Shown here: in pieces, positions 29,846-40,122 of the stretch
Layout: each line of letters starts with the position of its first letter
Position numbering within the stretch: position 1 is the stretch's first letter
Assembly: GCA_963768655.1 (NCBI GenBank)
Contig: CAVYIM010000008.1
Location: 33,584-97,583, forward strand
DNA: 64,000 nucleotides
Origin: an uncultured Chloroflexia bacterium
Lineage (GTDB): Bacteria; Chloroflexota; Limnocylindria; Limnocylindrales; CSP1-4
Direction of reading: 5' to 3'
Program-made: the position numbers and the translations under genes
Notes under the pieces: generated by a model
Seen by the model: only the letters and a program-made list of their open reading frames with translations
Database searches by the model: none
Told to the model about the DNA's origin: nothing

Positions 29846-31153
29846 CTATGGCTGGTACAGCTCGGCTGAGGCAAGGACCTTGCCGCTGGCGTCGTCGCCT
29901 CCGACGATGAGAACGCGGCCGTCGGAAAGCAGGGTCGCGGTGTCGTCCAGGCGCGCCACGGTCATCGAGCCGGCCTTGCTGAACTTGCCGCTCGCCGGGT
30001 CGTACAGCTCTGCCGAGGCGAGAGCGGCGTACCCACCGCTGGCGTTCGAGGCGCCGTTAGTGCCTCCGGCGACGAGCACGCTCCCGTCGCTCAGCAGCGT
30101 GGCGGTGTGCTCGGATCGATCGGTGGCCATCGAGCCCGTCATGCTGAACTTGCCGCTCTTCGGGTCGTACAGCTCGGCCGAGGGGAGTTGAAGGGTTTGC
30201 TCCACTCCTCCGACGATCAGGACGCGGCCGTCAGGGAGGAGGGTGGCGGTGTGCCAGTAACGAGCCTTGGCCATCGAACCCGTCGGGCTGAACGTGCCGC
30301 TCGTCGGGTCGTACAGCTCGGCGAAGGCGTCATACGTCGACGTCCCGAACGTGATGGTCGTCCCGCCGGCGACCAGGACCCGACCGTCGGGGAGCAGTGT
30401 CGCGGTGTGGGCCTCGCGAGGGTGGGCCATCGAGCCGGTCGGGCTGAAAGTACCGCCGGCCGGGTCGTACAGCTCCGCCGACTCGAGAGCCGGCCCACCG
30501 AAGGCGACCGCCGCCCCCCCGACGATCAGGACGCGGCCGTCGGACAGCAGCGTGGCCGTGTGAAGCTGGCGAGCGGCACCCATCGAGCCGGTCGGGCTGA
30601 ACGTGCCGGTCTTGGGGTCGTACAGCTCCGCCGTGTTGAGACCTTTCCCTGAGCTGCCCTGCCCACCGGCTATCAGGACGCGGCCGTCGGACAGCAGCGT
30701 TGCGGTGTGGTAGGCGCGAGGCTCCGTCATCGAGCCGGTCGGGCTGAACTCGCCAGTCCTGGGGTCGTACAGCTCGGCCGTGGCGAGTGCCCCCAATTCG
30801 CCGGAGCCTCCGGCGACCAGGACGCGGTCGTCGGACAGCAGCGTTGCGGTGCTGCCGTCGCGGGCGGTCGCCATCGACCCGGTGGCGCTGAACCCGGTCG
30901 GCCCGTGGGCCAGAGTCGCCGCGGGCGTGGCCGTCTCGCTGAGTGGCCTGGTGGCCGTGGGCTCGGCCGAGTGAGTGTTCGCCGTGGGTTCTGCGACGGG
31001 CGATGAGGAGCCTCCGCTGCACCCGGCGAAGGCTGCGACGGCGAGCAGGCCAGCCAGCGAAAGGCAGATCAACCGGCGAGGCCCTCGGCGTAGCCGTGCA
31101 TTACCGATGGCGCGCCAGGTGACCGCTCGAGGTGTTCCAGGACGTGTCGCCAT
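29846..31153 (-). CDS. Kelch/galactose-oxidase-repeat lipoprotein
   Basis: FAGC lipobox; repeated HTATLLxDGRVLxxGG..AELYDP. Confidence 0.9.
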   Translation of the reverse strand: MATRPGTPRAVTWRAIGNARLRRGPRRLICLSLAGLLAVAAFAGCSGGSSSPVAEPTANTHSAEPTATRPLSETATPAATLAHGPTGFSATGSMATARDGSTATLLSDDRVLVAGGSGELGALATAELYDPRTGEFSPTGSMTEPRAYHTATLLSDGRVLIAGGQGSSGKGLNTAELYDPKTGTFSPTGSMGAARQLHTATLLSDGRVLIVGGAAVAFGGPALESAELYDPAGGTFSPTGSMAHPREAHTATLLPDGRVLVAGGTTITFGTSTYDAFAELYDPTSGTFSPTGSMAKARYWHTATLLPDGRVLIVGGVEQTLQLPSAELYDPKSGKFSMTGSMATDRSEHTATLLSDGSVLVAGGTNGASNASGGYAALASAELYDPASGKFSKAGSMTVARLDDTATLLSDGRVLIVGGDDASGKVLASAELYQP

Positions 31154-31415
31154 CTCTCGGCCTCTCTGCCGGCAGCGGGTGAGCGCGGACGACTCTGTAC
31201 CCAATGCTCTGACCTGGCCCGGAGTCCGTCAAGCCGAGATTCGCTGCCTGTGATTCGCCGCCGCTCATCGCTTCGCGACTCCGGTGCCACAGGATCGGGC
31301 GGTCGCGAGGATGGCACTCGCCTCTGGATGAGGACACCTACGGCTGGCTGGGCGCCGGGGCACGGGGTGGCTCCCTCCCGACGCGACACTATCGTGGTTC
31401 ACCTAGACTTGGCTG

Positions 31416-32342
31416 ATGGACGTGAAGGCGAGCCGAGCGGTCGTTGGACATGACGGCCCGGCCATCCACATCGAGGACCTCACCAAGGACTACGGCACGG
31501 TACACGCGGTTCGGGGGATCAGTCTCGACGTGCATCGCGGTGAGGTCTTCGGTTTCCTCGGACCAAACGGCGCCGGCAAGACCACCACGATCCGTTGCCT
31601 GCTCGACCTGCTCCGGCCTACAGCGGGTCGCCTCGAGGTCCTGGGCCTCGACCCACGACGGGACAGCCTTCTGCTGCGCAGCCAGGTGGCTTACATGCCC
31701 GGGGAGCTTCGCCTGCCGGAGCGAATGACGGGCGCGGGATTGGTCGCGGCCGTCGGTCGCCTGCGCGGCGGGATCGACACGCGGCGGAGAGATTCGCTGG
31801 CGGCGCGTCTGGATCTCGATCTCTCCCGGCGCTTACGGGATCTCTCGAGCGGCAACCGGCGCAAGGTCGCCCTGCTGCTGGCCTTCCTCGCCGACGCGGA
31901 GCTGCTCGTTCTCGACGAGCCGACAAACGGGCTCGACCCATTGATGCAGCGTGAGTTTCTTGCGCTCGTGCGGGAGGCCAAAGAGCACGGCAGGACCATC
32001 TTCCTCTCGTCGCATGTGCTGAGTGAGGTGCAACGTGCCGCGGACCGTGTCGCTGTGCTGCGCCAGGGCACCCTGGTCGCAGTGGGCGGCGTCGACGAGC
32101 TGCGGCGGCGAGCGCGTCAGCGTGTGGAAGTGTGGTTCGACGGCCCGGCCCCAACCGAGGAACTCGCGGCGTTGCCGGAGCTCGTGAACCAGCACATCGA
32201 GGACCACCGGTTCACCGCGTTGCTGGCCGGATCGATCGAGCCGCTCCTCGCCGTCCTGGTCCGGCAACATGTGGTGAGCCTGCTGGTAGAAGAACCCGAT
32301 CTGGAGGAGGCCTTTCTGGACCTCTACGAGGCGGCGTCATGA
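31416..32342 (+). CDS. ABC transporter ATP-binding protein
   Basis: GPNGAGKT, LSSGN, LDEPT, SSH. Confidence 0.93.
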   Translation: MDVKASRAVVGHDGPAIHIEDLTKDYGTVHAVRGISLDVHRGEVFGFLGPNGAGKTTTIRCLLDLLRPTAGRLEVLGLDPRRDSLLLRSQVAYMPGELRLPERMTGAGLVAAVGRLRGGIDTRRRDSLAARLDLDLSRRLRDLSSGNRRKVALLLAFLADAELLVLDEPTNGLDPLMQREFLALVREAKEHGRTIFLSSHVLSEVQRAADRVAVLRQGTLVAVGGVDELRRRARQRVEVWFDGPAPTEELAALPELVNQHIEDHRFTALLAGSIEPLLAVLVRQHVVSLLVEEPDLEEAFLDLYEAAS

Positions 32343-33145
32343 GCGGCCGGTGGGCCGAGCTCATCGGCGGTCCATTCCGTGCCTCCTGGCGCGCCGGTCT
32401 GGGCTGGAGCATCGCCCTGGTGGTACTGATCGTCAGCACAGTGGCCTTCTGGCCCGCCTTCCGGGGCGCCTCGGGCATCACGCAGGCGATCGATCAGCTG
32501 CCCGCGCCGCTGCTGGGAGCCTTCGGGCTGGAGGGCTTCGGGACGCCAGCCGGCTATCTGCGGGGCGGCCTCTACGAGCTGGTGATACCGCTCGTGTTCG
32601 CCGCGGCCGGGGTCCTGTTCGCCAACAGCGCGACCGCAGGCGAGGAGGACGCCGGGCGCCTCGAGCTGTTTGTCTCCCAGCCGATCTCGCGCGCCTCCTT
32701 CTTCGCCGGGCGATGCGTCGCCGTCTTCGCCTGGCTCGCCGTGCTGACGCTCGTCGCGCTGGCGGCGCAGCTGGCCTCGGATCAGATCTTCGGCGTGACG
32801 ATCGGCGCCGGACCAATCGCCGCCACAGTCGTGCTGTGCGGGTTGTTGGGCGCGTTCGTGGCCGGCCTGTGTCTGGCAGTGGCGGGGTTCGTGGCCCGAC
32901 CGCAGCTCGTCCAGTCAGTCGGTTTCAGCGTGGCCTACATCAGCTACCTGATCCTCGCGCTCTTCCCGCTCAGCTCGCTGCTCGCCCCCTGGCGCGAGAT
33001 CGCACCGTGGGGCTGGGCGCTCGGCGGCGACCCGCTCGTCAACGGCGCCGAGATCTGGCGGTACCTGCTCCTCGGTGGGCCAGCCGTGCTGCTCGCGGTC
33101 CTCGGCGCGCTTGCCTTCGACCGGCGCGACATCCGGTCGGCGTAG
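32339..33145 (+). CDS. ABC-2 type permease
   Basis: ATGA overlap; AGEEDAGRLEL..PISR; ends FDRRDI. Confidence 0.9.
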   Translation: MSGRWAELIGGPFRASWRAGLGWSIALVVLIVSTVAFWPAFRGASGITQAIDQLPAPLLGAFGLEGFGTPAGYLRGGLYELVIPLVFAAAGVLFANSATAGEEDAGRLELFVSQPISRASFFAGRCVAVFAWLAVLTLVALAAQLASDQIFGVTIGAGPIAATVVLCGLLGAFVAGLCLAVAGFVARPQLVQSVGFSVAYISYLILALFPLSSLLAPWREIAPWGWALGGDPLVNGAEIWRYLLLGGPAVLLAVLGALAFDRRDIRSA

Positions 33146-33253
33146 GGCACCTGTGCACGACCCGCAAATTCGGGATCGTGGCCCCTAAGGATCATCCAGG
33201 GCGAGGGCGTGCGGCCCCGCGTGACGGTCGTGGCGAGCGCCGTTCCCGAGGCG

Positions 33254-34030
33254 TCAGGTCGCGCTCAGGACACCCGGCACATCCGAGAGGTTGCGGCAGA
33301 CGTCGAAGCCGAACGAGGCATCCGGGTGCAGGCCTAGACGCAGCGCGGGTCCCCCTACGATGATGCGCTGGGGCGGACTGGGCAGCTCTCTGAGGCGCCC
33401 CTTGACTTCGCGCACCTGTCTCATCTGAGTGGGCAGGGCCACAGAGAACCCGACGGCCTTTGGGCGGACGGAATCCAGGAGGTCCAAGACCTCGCCGGTC
33501 GGAAGGCCAGGCAGAACGGTCAGGGTCGGGATACCGCAGGCGGCGAAGTAGACCTCGGCCATCTGAAGGCCGAGAGTATGGTAGTTGCCCTCAGCGTTGA
33601 CCAGAACCAGTGCCGGAGCAACAGGCTGATCGTTCGCGCTCAGAGTTTCGCTGCGGATGCCCGAGATCAACGCTTCGACCACAGCGCTGATGCGGTGCTC
33701 GCTGTAGACCGTAACCTTGCCCGCAGCCCACGCGTCCCCGACCTGTGCGAGCAACGGCGCCAGCATCGCGAACATCAGATCGAGGGGTCGGATGCCGAGC
33801 CGGCCACTCTCCGCCAGGATCGACGTCACGTTGGCGGGAGCCTCAGCTAGGACTCTTTCCTTCAATCCGCCATAGAAGTCGATGATCGCTTGGAGCTTGG
33901 TCCTATCCGACTGATCGAAGTCGAATGACCGAGACGTGCACGCCGCGCACACGCCGTGGGAGATCCGGTAGTCATCGAACGGCTCGACCTCGTCGATGAA
34001 TCCCTGGCAGTAGGCGCACCATCTAATCAT
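33254..34030 (-). CDS. Cobalamin-binding protein with N-terminal Cys4 metal-binding module
   Basis: CAYC..ISHGVCAAC; Wx9EH (WAAGKVTVYSEH); NYHTLG; GFS and VGG Rossmann motifs. Confidence 0.85.
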   Translation of the reverse strand: MIRWCAYCQGFIDEVEPFDDYRISHGVCAACTSRSFDFDQSDRTKLQAIIDFYGGLKERVLAEAPANVTSILAESGRLGIRPLDLMFAMLAPLLAQVGDAWAAGKVTVYSEHRISAVVEALISGIRSETLSANDQPVAPALVLVNAEGNYHTLGLQMAEVYFAACGIPTLTVLPGLPTGEVLDLLDSVRPKAVGFSVALPTQMRQVREVKGRLRELPSPPQRIIVGGPALRLGLHPDASFGFDVCRNLSDVPGVLSAT

Positions 34031-34434
34031 CGCGAGACCTTCGCTCGGCTCGATGCCAAAGCGTCACGGCCAGAACGGATGTATTCGGATGCCAGCTCCC
34101 GAGCCGGGGGGCTGAGTTCGGCGGACAGTGTTTCGACCATGCAGTCGAGATGCCCGTCGAGCACCAAGCGCTCGAGTCCGACGCCAGTGAGGACGCCGTC
34201 CAGCCACACGAGATATGCCCCGAAACTGTCGGCATCACCAGAGGCGACGGCTTCGCTCAGGAACTGCAGGTTGGACTCCGCGTCCCGGATGGATTTCGCC
34301 CAGCCGGCAGCACCGAGAGACTCCCTCAGCCCGGGGGTTCGACGGAACTGCAACTGGGTCACCAGCGAGGCGAGCGCGATCCTACGCTCAAGGATCTCCT
34401 CGCCGGCCGCGCGGTTGCGCTCTTGGTCAAACAT
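34027..34434 (-). CDS. Small helical protein, globin/phycobiliprotein-like sensor domain
   Basis: KSIRDAESNLQFLSEAV..FGAYLVWLDGVL pattern; ATGA-coupled to the B12 protein. Confidence 0.65.
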   Translation of the reverse strand: MFDQERNRAAGEEILERRIALASLVTQLQFRRTPGLRESLGAAGWAKSIRDAESNLQFLSEAVASGDADSFGAYLVWLDGVLTGVGLERLVLDGHLDCMVETLSAELSPPARELASEYIRSGRDALASSRAKVSR

Positions 34435-34657
34435 CACTCGGGGTGCCGGCTCCGTGCGTAATTGGGCAACGAGGTGGCCCGAACACATCGCGTCTGAGAG
34501 GCGATCGAAGAGACAATACGGCGAACTGATGGGCTTTGCCTCGCCCCGGTTTCTCGCCGACCAATCAGGAATGCCGGCACGATGCCCATCCATCGAGTTG
34601 GCATCTCCCGCGTCGGCTTGCCGACGGCTCGGTCGATCACGCTCGGCTGCCCAAGGC

Positions 34658-35750
34658 CTATCCCAGCTCGGCCAGCAGATCCGCGGCAGTCGTACCCGCC
34701 GTGACCCGCAGACGTGGGACCTGGAAGCGGTCGGACCACGTCTCGTAAGCCTCGATCTCCTCGCTCGTGCGAGGCGCGGGGCTCGCACTGGGCCTTGGTG
34801 CCGCGGCGGGGATCTCGATCGCCAGAGGACCCTCCAGCACCGCGATCCGAAGTTCCCCGCAAGCCTCGACTGCTGCGGTGGCCCGGGCGTTCACACTGCC
34901 GTATGGATAGGCCAGTGAGTCGGGCCAGACACCCGTGACCTGGGCGATCCGTGCGGCTGCGGCATCGATCTCGTAGGTCAGGCTCGCACCCTTTCGAGCG
35001 GAGAGCCGGTAATGGTCCATGGTGTGGTCGCCGATGTCGTCACCGGCGGCCACCAGGGCCTGCAGCTGCGCGGAACTCAGGAAGTCAGGCCGATCGATCC
35101 GGCCGGCGATGACGTAGTAAGTCGCGACGAAGCCATGGCTCTGGAGGATTGGCAGCGCATACGTGTAGCCGTCGTCCCAGCCGTCGTCGATCGTGATCAC
35201 GAACGTCCGAGCCGGCGGCTTGATGTGTGCCAGCAGGTCGTTCGCGAGGGTCGCCATCGTGATGGTGTGCCAGCCCGCCTGCTGCAGGCCAGTGAGTTGA
35301 GTGGAGAAGTCGCTCGGGGGCACGACCAGCCCTCGAATTCGAGTTGCCCGCGTCGGCAACCGGCACGATCCGGTGGTACATCAGTATCGGCACGTGAAGA
35401 GTGAAGGAGCTTGTCCTGCCGCCAGCCGGAGCGGTCACGGGCGTGGCGCTCGGGACTGAGGCCGGGTCGCAGCTGTCCACCACAGGAAGGCTGCCGGCCA
35501 GAGGCAGTGGCGTGGCGGGCGGTGCCGTGGCGGGCGGTGCCGTGACCTCGGGACTCGGGGACGGGCTGCCGGTCGGGCCCGCGGTCGGGCTCGGGCTGGC
35601 GACCATCGGCAACGGCACGCTCACGGTGGCTGGCGGCGGCGAGGCTGTGTGGCCCCCCGGGTTTGCGCTGCCACAGGCAGCGGCGGCCAGCAGCACGACC
35701 AATGCACAACCGCCAACGCTGACCCGGCAACGCCGGCGCACGCGCGCCAT
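34658..35750 (-). pseudogene. Polysaccharide deacetylase lipoprotein with one frameshift near 35337
   Basis: Lipobox and VPILMYHRI in one frame; ITIDDGW, HTMDH, LAYPYG in another; removing one base joins them. Confidence 0.8.
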
Positions 35751-35826
35751 TCTCAGGTCCTTCTCGCCGCGGCCAATGCACGGCGCCGAGACTCGATCAC
35801 CGGCGCCTGGTAGACCGCCCATCAGG

Positions 35827-36081
35827 TCATGGCTTCGAGTAGACGACCACGACCGACATCTTGGTCTCGTAGCCGCTGCCCTCGCGACCCATGAACGCCT
35901 GGGCATGGCGCGTCGTAACCGCCGTCGTTGAAACGATGCGCCAGCCGCTGGCGGACTTATCGGCGGCGTCGGCAGCGACTGCCCCGTAGGCGGCGGCGAC
36001 ATCAACCTCTGCGCCTGTGTCGGTCGGTGAGTAAACGACGATGATCTGGTTGGGACCAGCCTCCACAACCACGCTTGGCAT
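35827..36081 (-). CDS. Small hypothetical protein
   Basis: 84 aa, GAGGAGG RBS. Confidence 0.7.
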   Translation of the reverse strand: MPSVVVEAGPNQIIVVYSPTDTGAEVDVAAAYGAVAADAADKSASGWRIVSTTAVTTRHAQAFMGREGSGYETKMSVVVVYSKP

Positions 36082-36191
36082 CTTGCAATCCTCCTCATTG
36101 GGCGGTCGTAAGCGAACGCAGGGATCGTACTCGCCGACTCACGCGATAGCGTTGCTTTCTCCGCCGGCCTGGGGCCAGCTCAGCGGTGGTC

Positions 36192-37529
36192 TCAGGCAGC
36201 CGTCGGGAAACCCACCCACACGGCGAGGCCATCCAGGCTGAGGAGCACGACTCCGGTTGGACCGAGGGCCGCGAGCCACATCGTCGATTGGGACGAAGCC
36301 GAGTAGATCGGGACGTCGCCCGTCTGGCTCAGGACCCTGACCGCCAGGTCGTCTCCGACCGTGGCGAGCGTTACGGATCCGTCCTCGCTTTCTCCCACAA
36401 CCAGGCCACGCCGCCCGTCAGTGAGGATGACACCGCCGGGGTAGAGCGCTGATGCAAGCAGGCTCGACGGCGCGGCGACGAGCTTCCAGGTGCGGCCGTC
36501 GTTGGTAAGCCAGACTTGCTGGCTGACAAAGCCGTTCTCGCAACCGACCGCCACCAGGGCGTGATCGCTGATCTTGATCAGAGAGGTAGACGCGAGACTT
36601 GACGTCGCGGCGCTGGGCAACGGGCTCTGCGTCCAGATGGTGGCGTCCGCGGACCACCAAACGGAAGGCGTGGCCGGCTTCTCGCTGCACTGGAGGCCCG
36701 TTACTCCGGAGATGATGTATCCGTTCGCGAAGCGGGAGGCTGCGTTCACGGTTGACTTGCCAGCGACGTTGCTCGCCAGAGGGGCCTGAGTCCAGGTCAG
36801 GCCGTCCTTTGAAAGCCACACGGCCTGGGTCTTGCCGTCCTTCAGCGTGCCCGAGGCGATGAAGCCGGTCGAGCCGCCGCCGACCCAGTAGACATTCGCA
36901 GGCGCGAAATCGGCTGAGGGCTGGACGAGACTCCACGTCAACCCATCGGTTGAGGTCCACAGAACGTGGATCGTTGCCGGCTCCCGTGCGCATACCTGAG
37001 TGCGAACCTGGCGGCCCAGGGCCAGCAATCCAGACGGACCCTCGACGACCTGGTCGACATCCACCTCGGGCTCCAAACCGCCCAGGTTCATCGGCCGGCC
37101 TGCTGTCCAGTGCAGACCGTCGGCCGACGACGTGGAGACCACCGTGTCGCCCCCCGGTGCGACGTGGTCGATGGCCGCGCGGAAGCCAACATAGCCGCGG
37201 CTCCAGCCGTAGAGGCTGACGGTGACGCTTACGTCCGTCCCGGCGGCAGGTGTCTGCGGGAACGCCGGGCCGGCGGCAGTCCAGCGGATGCCGGTCCACT
37301 CGCCGGTGGGGGCCGCGCCGATGCTGGGCATAGACGAAGGCGTTCCGCTTGGAACGGTCGACGCGGCCGTCGATGCGCCACCGGACGGGGACGGCACTAC
37401 GCTCGATGGGGATTGCGAGGCCGCTGCGCCGCTGCAGCCTGCGAGGAGGCCAGTGGCCGCGAGGCCGACCAGCACGCGCTTGAAACACCCCACGAGCTGT
37501 TCCCACTGGCTGGATGCGATGGAACTCAT
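36192..37529 (-). CDS. Lipoprotein with BNR/Asp-box-like repeats
   Basis: LAGC lipobox, Ser/Pro linker, repeated WxSxDGxTW. Confidence 0.82.
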   Translation of the reverse strand: MSSIASSQWEQLVGCFKRVLVGLAATGLLAGCSGAAASQSPSSVVPSPSGGASTAASTVPSGTPSSMPSIGAAPTGEWTGIRWTAAGPAFPQTPAAGTDVSVTVSLYGWSRGYVGFRAAIDHVAPGGDTVVSTSSADGLHWTAGRPMNLGGLEPEVDVDQVVEGPSGLLALGRQVRTQVCAREPATIHVLWTSTDGLTWSLVQPSADFAPANVYWVGGGSTGFIASGTLKDGKTQAVWLSKDGLTWTQAPLASNVAGKSTVNAASRFANGYIISGVTGLQCSEKPATPSVWWSADATIWTQSPLPSAATSSLASTSLIKISDHALVAVGCENGFVSQQVWLTNDGRTWKLVAAPSSLLASALYPGGVILTDGRRGLVVGESEDGSVTLATVGDDLAVRVLSQTGDVPIYSASSQSTMWLAALGPTGVVLLSLDGLAVWVGFPTAA

Positions 37530-37956
37530 AGCGTGTCCCCCTTGGTCCAGCGGCACTTGGTTGATCGCGCCCGAAGGGCGCGCCGTGGACGCACGGGCAG
37601 GGCGTCCTGTGATTGCGAACGCGCGTCGACCCGCCGGGCCATGCATCAACGCGTCCGCGATCCGACACGGGGCGAGAGGAAAGGCGGCTGCACTTCCCGT
37701 TCCGCGGACTATCGTCCCGCCAGCGAACGCGCTGGCGCTCAGAAAGGCGGGCTGAAGCGGGCCACCCGAGGCCGCCGACCCGTGGCAGGCCTCGCGCGCC
37801 AACGATCGTCGCAAGAGATGACGTGGTCACCCTGCCACGCGACTGGACCCCAACGCACCTTCAGCGAGGACGCGCCCGATCTTCGCGAACTCCTCGAGCG
37901 GTCGGTCGGGCCCGACGGAACGTGGGTCTCGATCGCGGGTCGCGTCCGCTCCGAGA

Positions 37957-38421
37957 TCAGTACTCCCCCTTGATAACGAAGAACGAACCCCGGATCGTGC
38001 CGGCCAGCTTGGACTTCTGCCTGGCGAACTTGAACCGCGAAGCAAGCTCGGCCGGGACCTCCATCCCATCGGAAAGCTTGAACCCCACCGCCCGCTTGGC
38101 GGCGTCGTCGAGGGTGTACAGCACGTTGATCGACAGGCCGCTCTCGTAGAAGACGTAGGCCCACTTGATGTTCTCGACCCCGAAGCCCGTCGCCTCGAGC
38201 GGGCGGGAGGAGATTGCGAGATCGCGCTCTTCCCGCAGGATGCGGTGCACCCAGTCGATGGTCTCCCTGGCCTCGTTCGCCGGCTCGACCGTGAAATCGT
38301 GGTCGTACTTGTTCTTGAAGTAGCGGGCCTCGTTCGCCCGGAGGCCGGCGAGCGCGGGAGCCACGGGAGATGACTCCAGGCCGATGGTCGAGACGTTGGT
38401 GAAATCCACGACGTAGGACAT
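37957..38421 (-). CDS. Conserved hypothetical protein
   Basis: AAGGAG RBS, strong codon bias, 154 aa. Confidence 0.85.
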   Translation of the reverse strand: MSYVVDFTNVSTIGLESSPVAPALAGLRANEARYFKNKYDHDFTVEPANEARETIDWVHRILREERDLAISSRPLEATGFGVENIKWAYVFYESGLSINVLYTLDDAAKRAVGFKLSDGMEVPAELASRFKFARQKSKLAGTIRGSFFVIKGEY

Positions 38422-38832
38422 GACTCGCTCCTTGTGCCTCTGGGAGGCGTCCGACGTGGGGCACCCCTCGCGAACTCTCCGCGGTAATCGCATGGACCGT
38501 TCTTCTCGGCCGCGAAGAGGGACTGCCGCGCAGCGTCGAATGTACCCGGTGGCGGTGACGGGCGCTTCTCGGGCCACGACCGGAGGTGGAGGCCGCAACG
38601 CCGCGGCCACCGCGACGTCGACGACCAACGACTCGAGCGCGGACGTGAACGTCCGAGTCACGGTTCTTGCCCGCATGCATACCAGGCGCCTCACTGCCTA
38701 CGCGAGCCTCGGCTTCGATGTGGGCGGGAGGCGGTCGGCCCGGTCGTGACGGACCCCGGGCAGACTTGGGACTCAGCCAGTTGCGGTGGGGCGGCGTGAA
38801 CGGCGGCGGCCCAGCGCAAAAGCTCGCGGCAT

Positions 38833-39018
38833 CTACGCGAGCGGCGACTTGTCCCAGTCGATGGCCACTTCGTTCATCTTGTCGGCCATGTTCACCGCAA
38901 CGGCCAGCTTCACTCCAGGGCCAAGCACGCCCACCTTCTCGGGAGGAACGCGGTGGCCCATCGGCGTCGCGTCAGGAGTCAAGCCGATCGTATCGACCTG
39001 AAGGTCCCGTTGGCGCTC
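38833..39018 (-). pseudogene. 3' remnant of an unknown gene
   Basis: Coding-like frame ..GPGVKLAVAVNMADKMNEVAIDWDKSPLA* with an in-frame stop upstream and no convincing start. Confidence 0.35.
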
Positions 39019-39093
39019 TCATGTGAGCTCATCGGTGGAGGCCGCTGGTTTGATGCGGCTGCCGGATGAGACGGGTGCCCGATGCGAGCGTGG

Positions 39094-40071
39094 TCAGCCT
39101 TGTATGGGATCGGGTGACTCGGATAGCTCCAGAACGGCGTCCCACAGCCGACGCCGGTCCGCGGCCTTGAGCCTGGTGCTCGGAAGGCGGTCGAAAGGTC
39201 GCGGCCGCCGGTCGAGGTGGAGCTTGCCGCCTCCTGCACCAGGGCGCGTCGCGAGCCAGACGATCGTATCTGCCCCTTCGGCCGGGGTCCGCAGAATTGG
39301 CCGCATGCGTCGGTAGAATCCCGGCAGGGCCTCCGCCAGGCCCGGAGTGTCCGCCCAGCCCGGATGCATGGCGTTCACGGCGACGTCGATTCCGGCCCCG
39401 GCAAGCCGCCGGTCCCACTCCCGCATCAGTGCCACCTGGATCCGCTTGGCCCGTGCATAGGCTCGCGCCCCGGACCACGGCTCTCGTTCGTACTGCAGGT
39501 CGTCGAGGCGAACGGGCTGGGTGTACATACCGCCTGAGGTCACCGACACGATGCGCGACCCGGGTGTGCGGGCCATCAGCGGCAGCAGCGCAGCCTCGAG
39601 CGCGAACGGGCCCACAACGAGCGTCGCCAGAGTTGACTCGATGCCGTCCGGCCCGACGGTGCGTTCCGAGAACATGGCTCCGGCGTTGTCGATGAGCACG
39701 TCGAGCCGCGGTTCGGTGGCGAGAACCCGGCCCGCGGCCGCCCTCACCGAGTTCAGTGAGCCCATGTCCGCCGTCACTGAGGGGAAGCGATCCTCGCCGT
39801 GTTCTCGAACCAGCGAATCTCGAAGCGCGGCCAGCCGCTCCGGGTTTCGGCCGACGAGGACCACGCGAGCTCCGACCGCTGCCAGAGCTTCGGTGGCGGC
39901 TCGCCCTAACCCGGAGGTCGGGCCTGTGACGAGGACGGTCCGTCCCGCCATGGAGTTCGCCGCGGGCAAATCCCATCCGAACAGCCGTCGACGGAGAACT
40001 AGTCCTGGGCGACCGAAGCTGCCGACGACCGTCAGCTCGAGCGTCCAGTCGAGAAGGTTCCTCGGATCCAA
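39094..40071 (-). CDS. SDR oxidoreductase (DHRS12-like)
   Basis: TGPTSGLG, VTSGGMY, YARAK, MHPGWADTPG. Confidence 0.9.
   Translation of the reverse strand: MDPRNLLDWTLELTVVGSFGRPGLVLRRRLFGWDLPAANSMAGRTVLVTGPTSGLGRAATEALAAVGARVVLVGRNPERLAALRDSLVREHGEDRFPSVTADMGSLNSVRAAAGRVLATEPRLDVLIDNAGAMFSERTVGPDGIESTLATLVVGPFALEAALLPLMARTPGSRIVSVTSGGMYTQPVRLDDLQYEREPWSGARAYARAKRIQVALMREWDRRLAGAGIDVAVNAMHPGWADTPGLAEALPGFYRRMRPILRTPAEGADTIVWLATRPGAGGGKLHLDRRPRPFDRLPSTRLKAADRRRLWDAVLELSESPDPIQG
39973..39999 (+). promoter_or_regulatory. SigK-type ECF promoter candidate upstream of SRPBCC gene
   Basis: CCATCCG-N16-GAAC, embedded antisense in the SDR gene. Confidence 0.5.
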
Positions 40072-40122
40072 TTTGAACCTCGTTATGCCCGGTCCCGGAA
40101 GGGACCCTACAGGAGATCATCG

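Noticed and set aside
37957-38421. Possible phage tail protein label recalled for similar sequences
   Set aside because: No phage genes nearby and no motif support; kept as hypothetical
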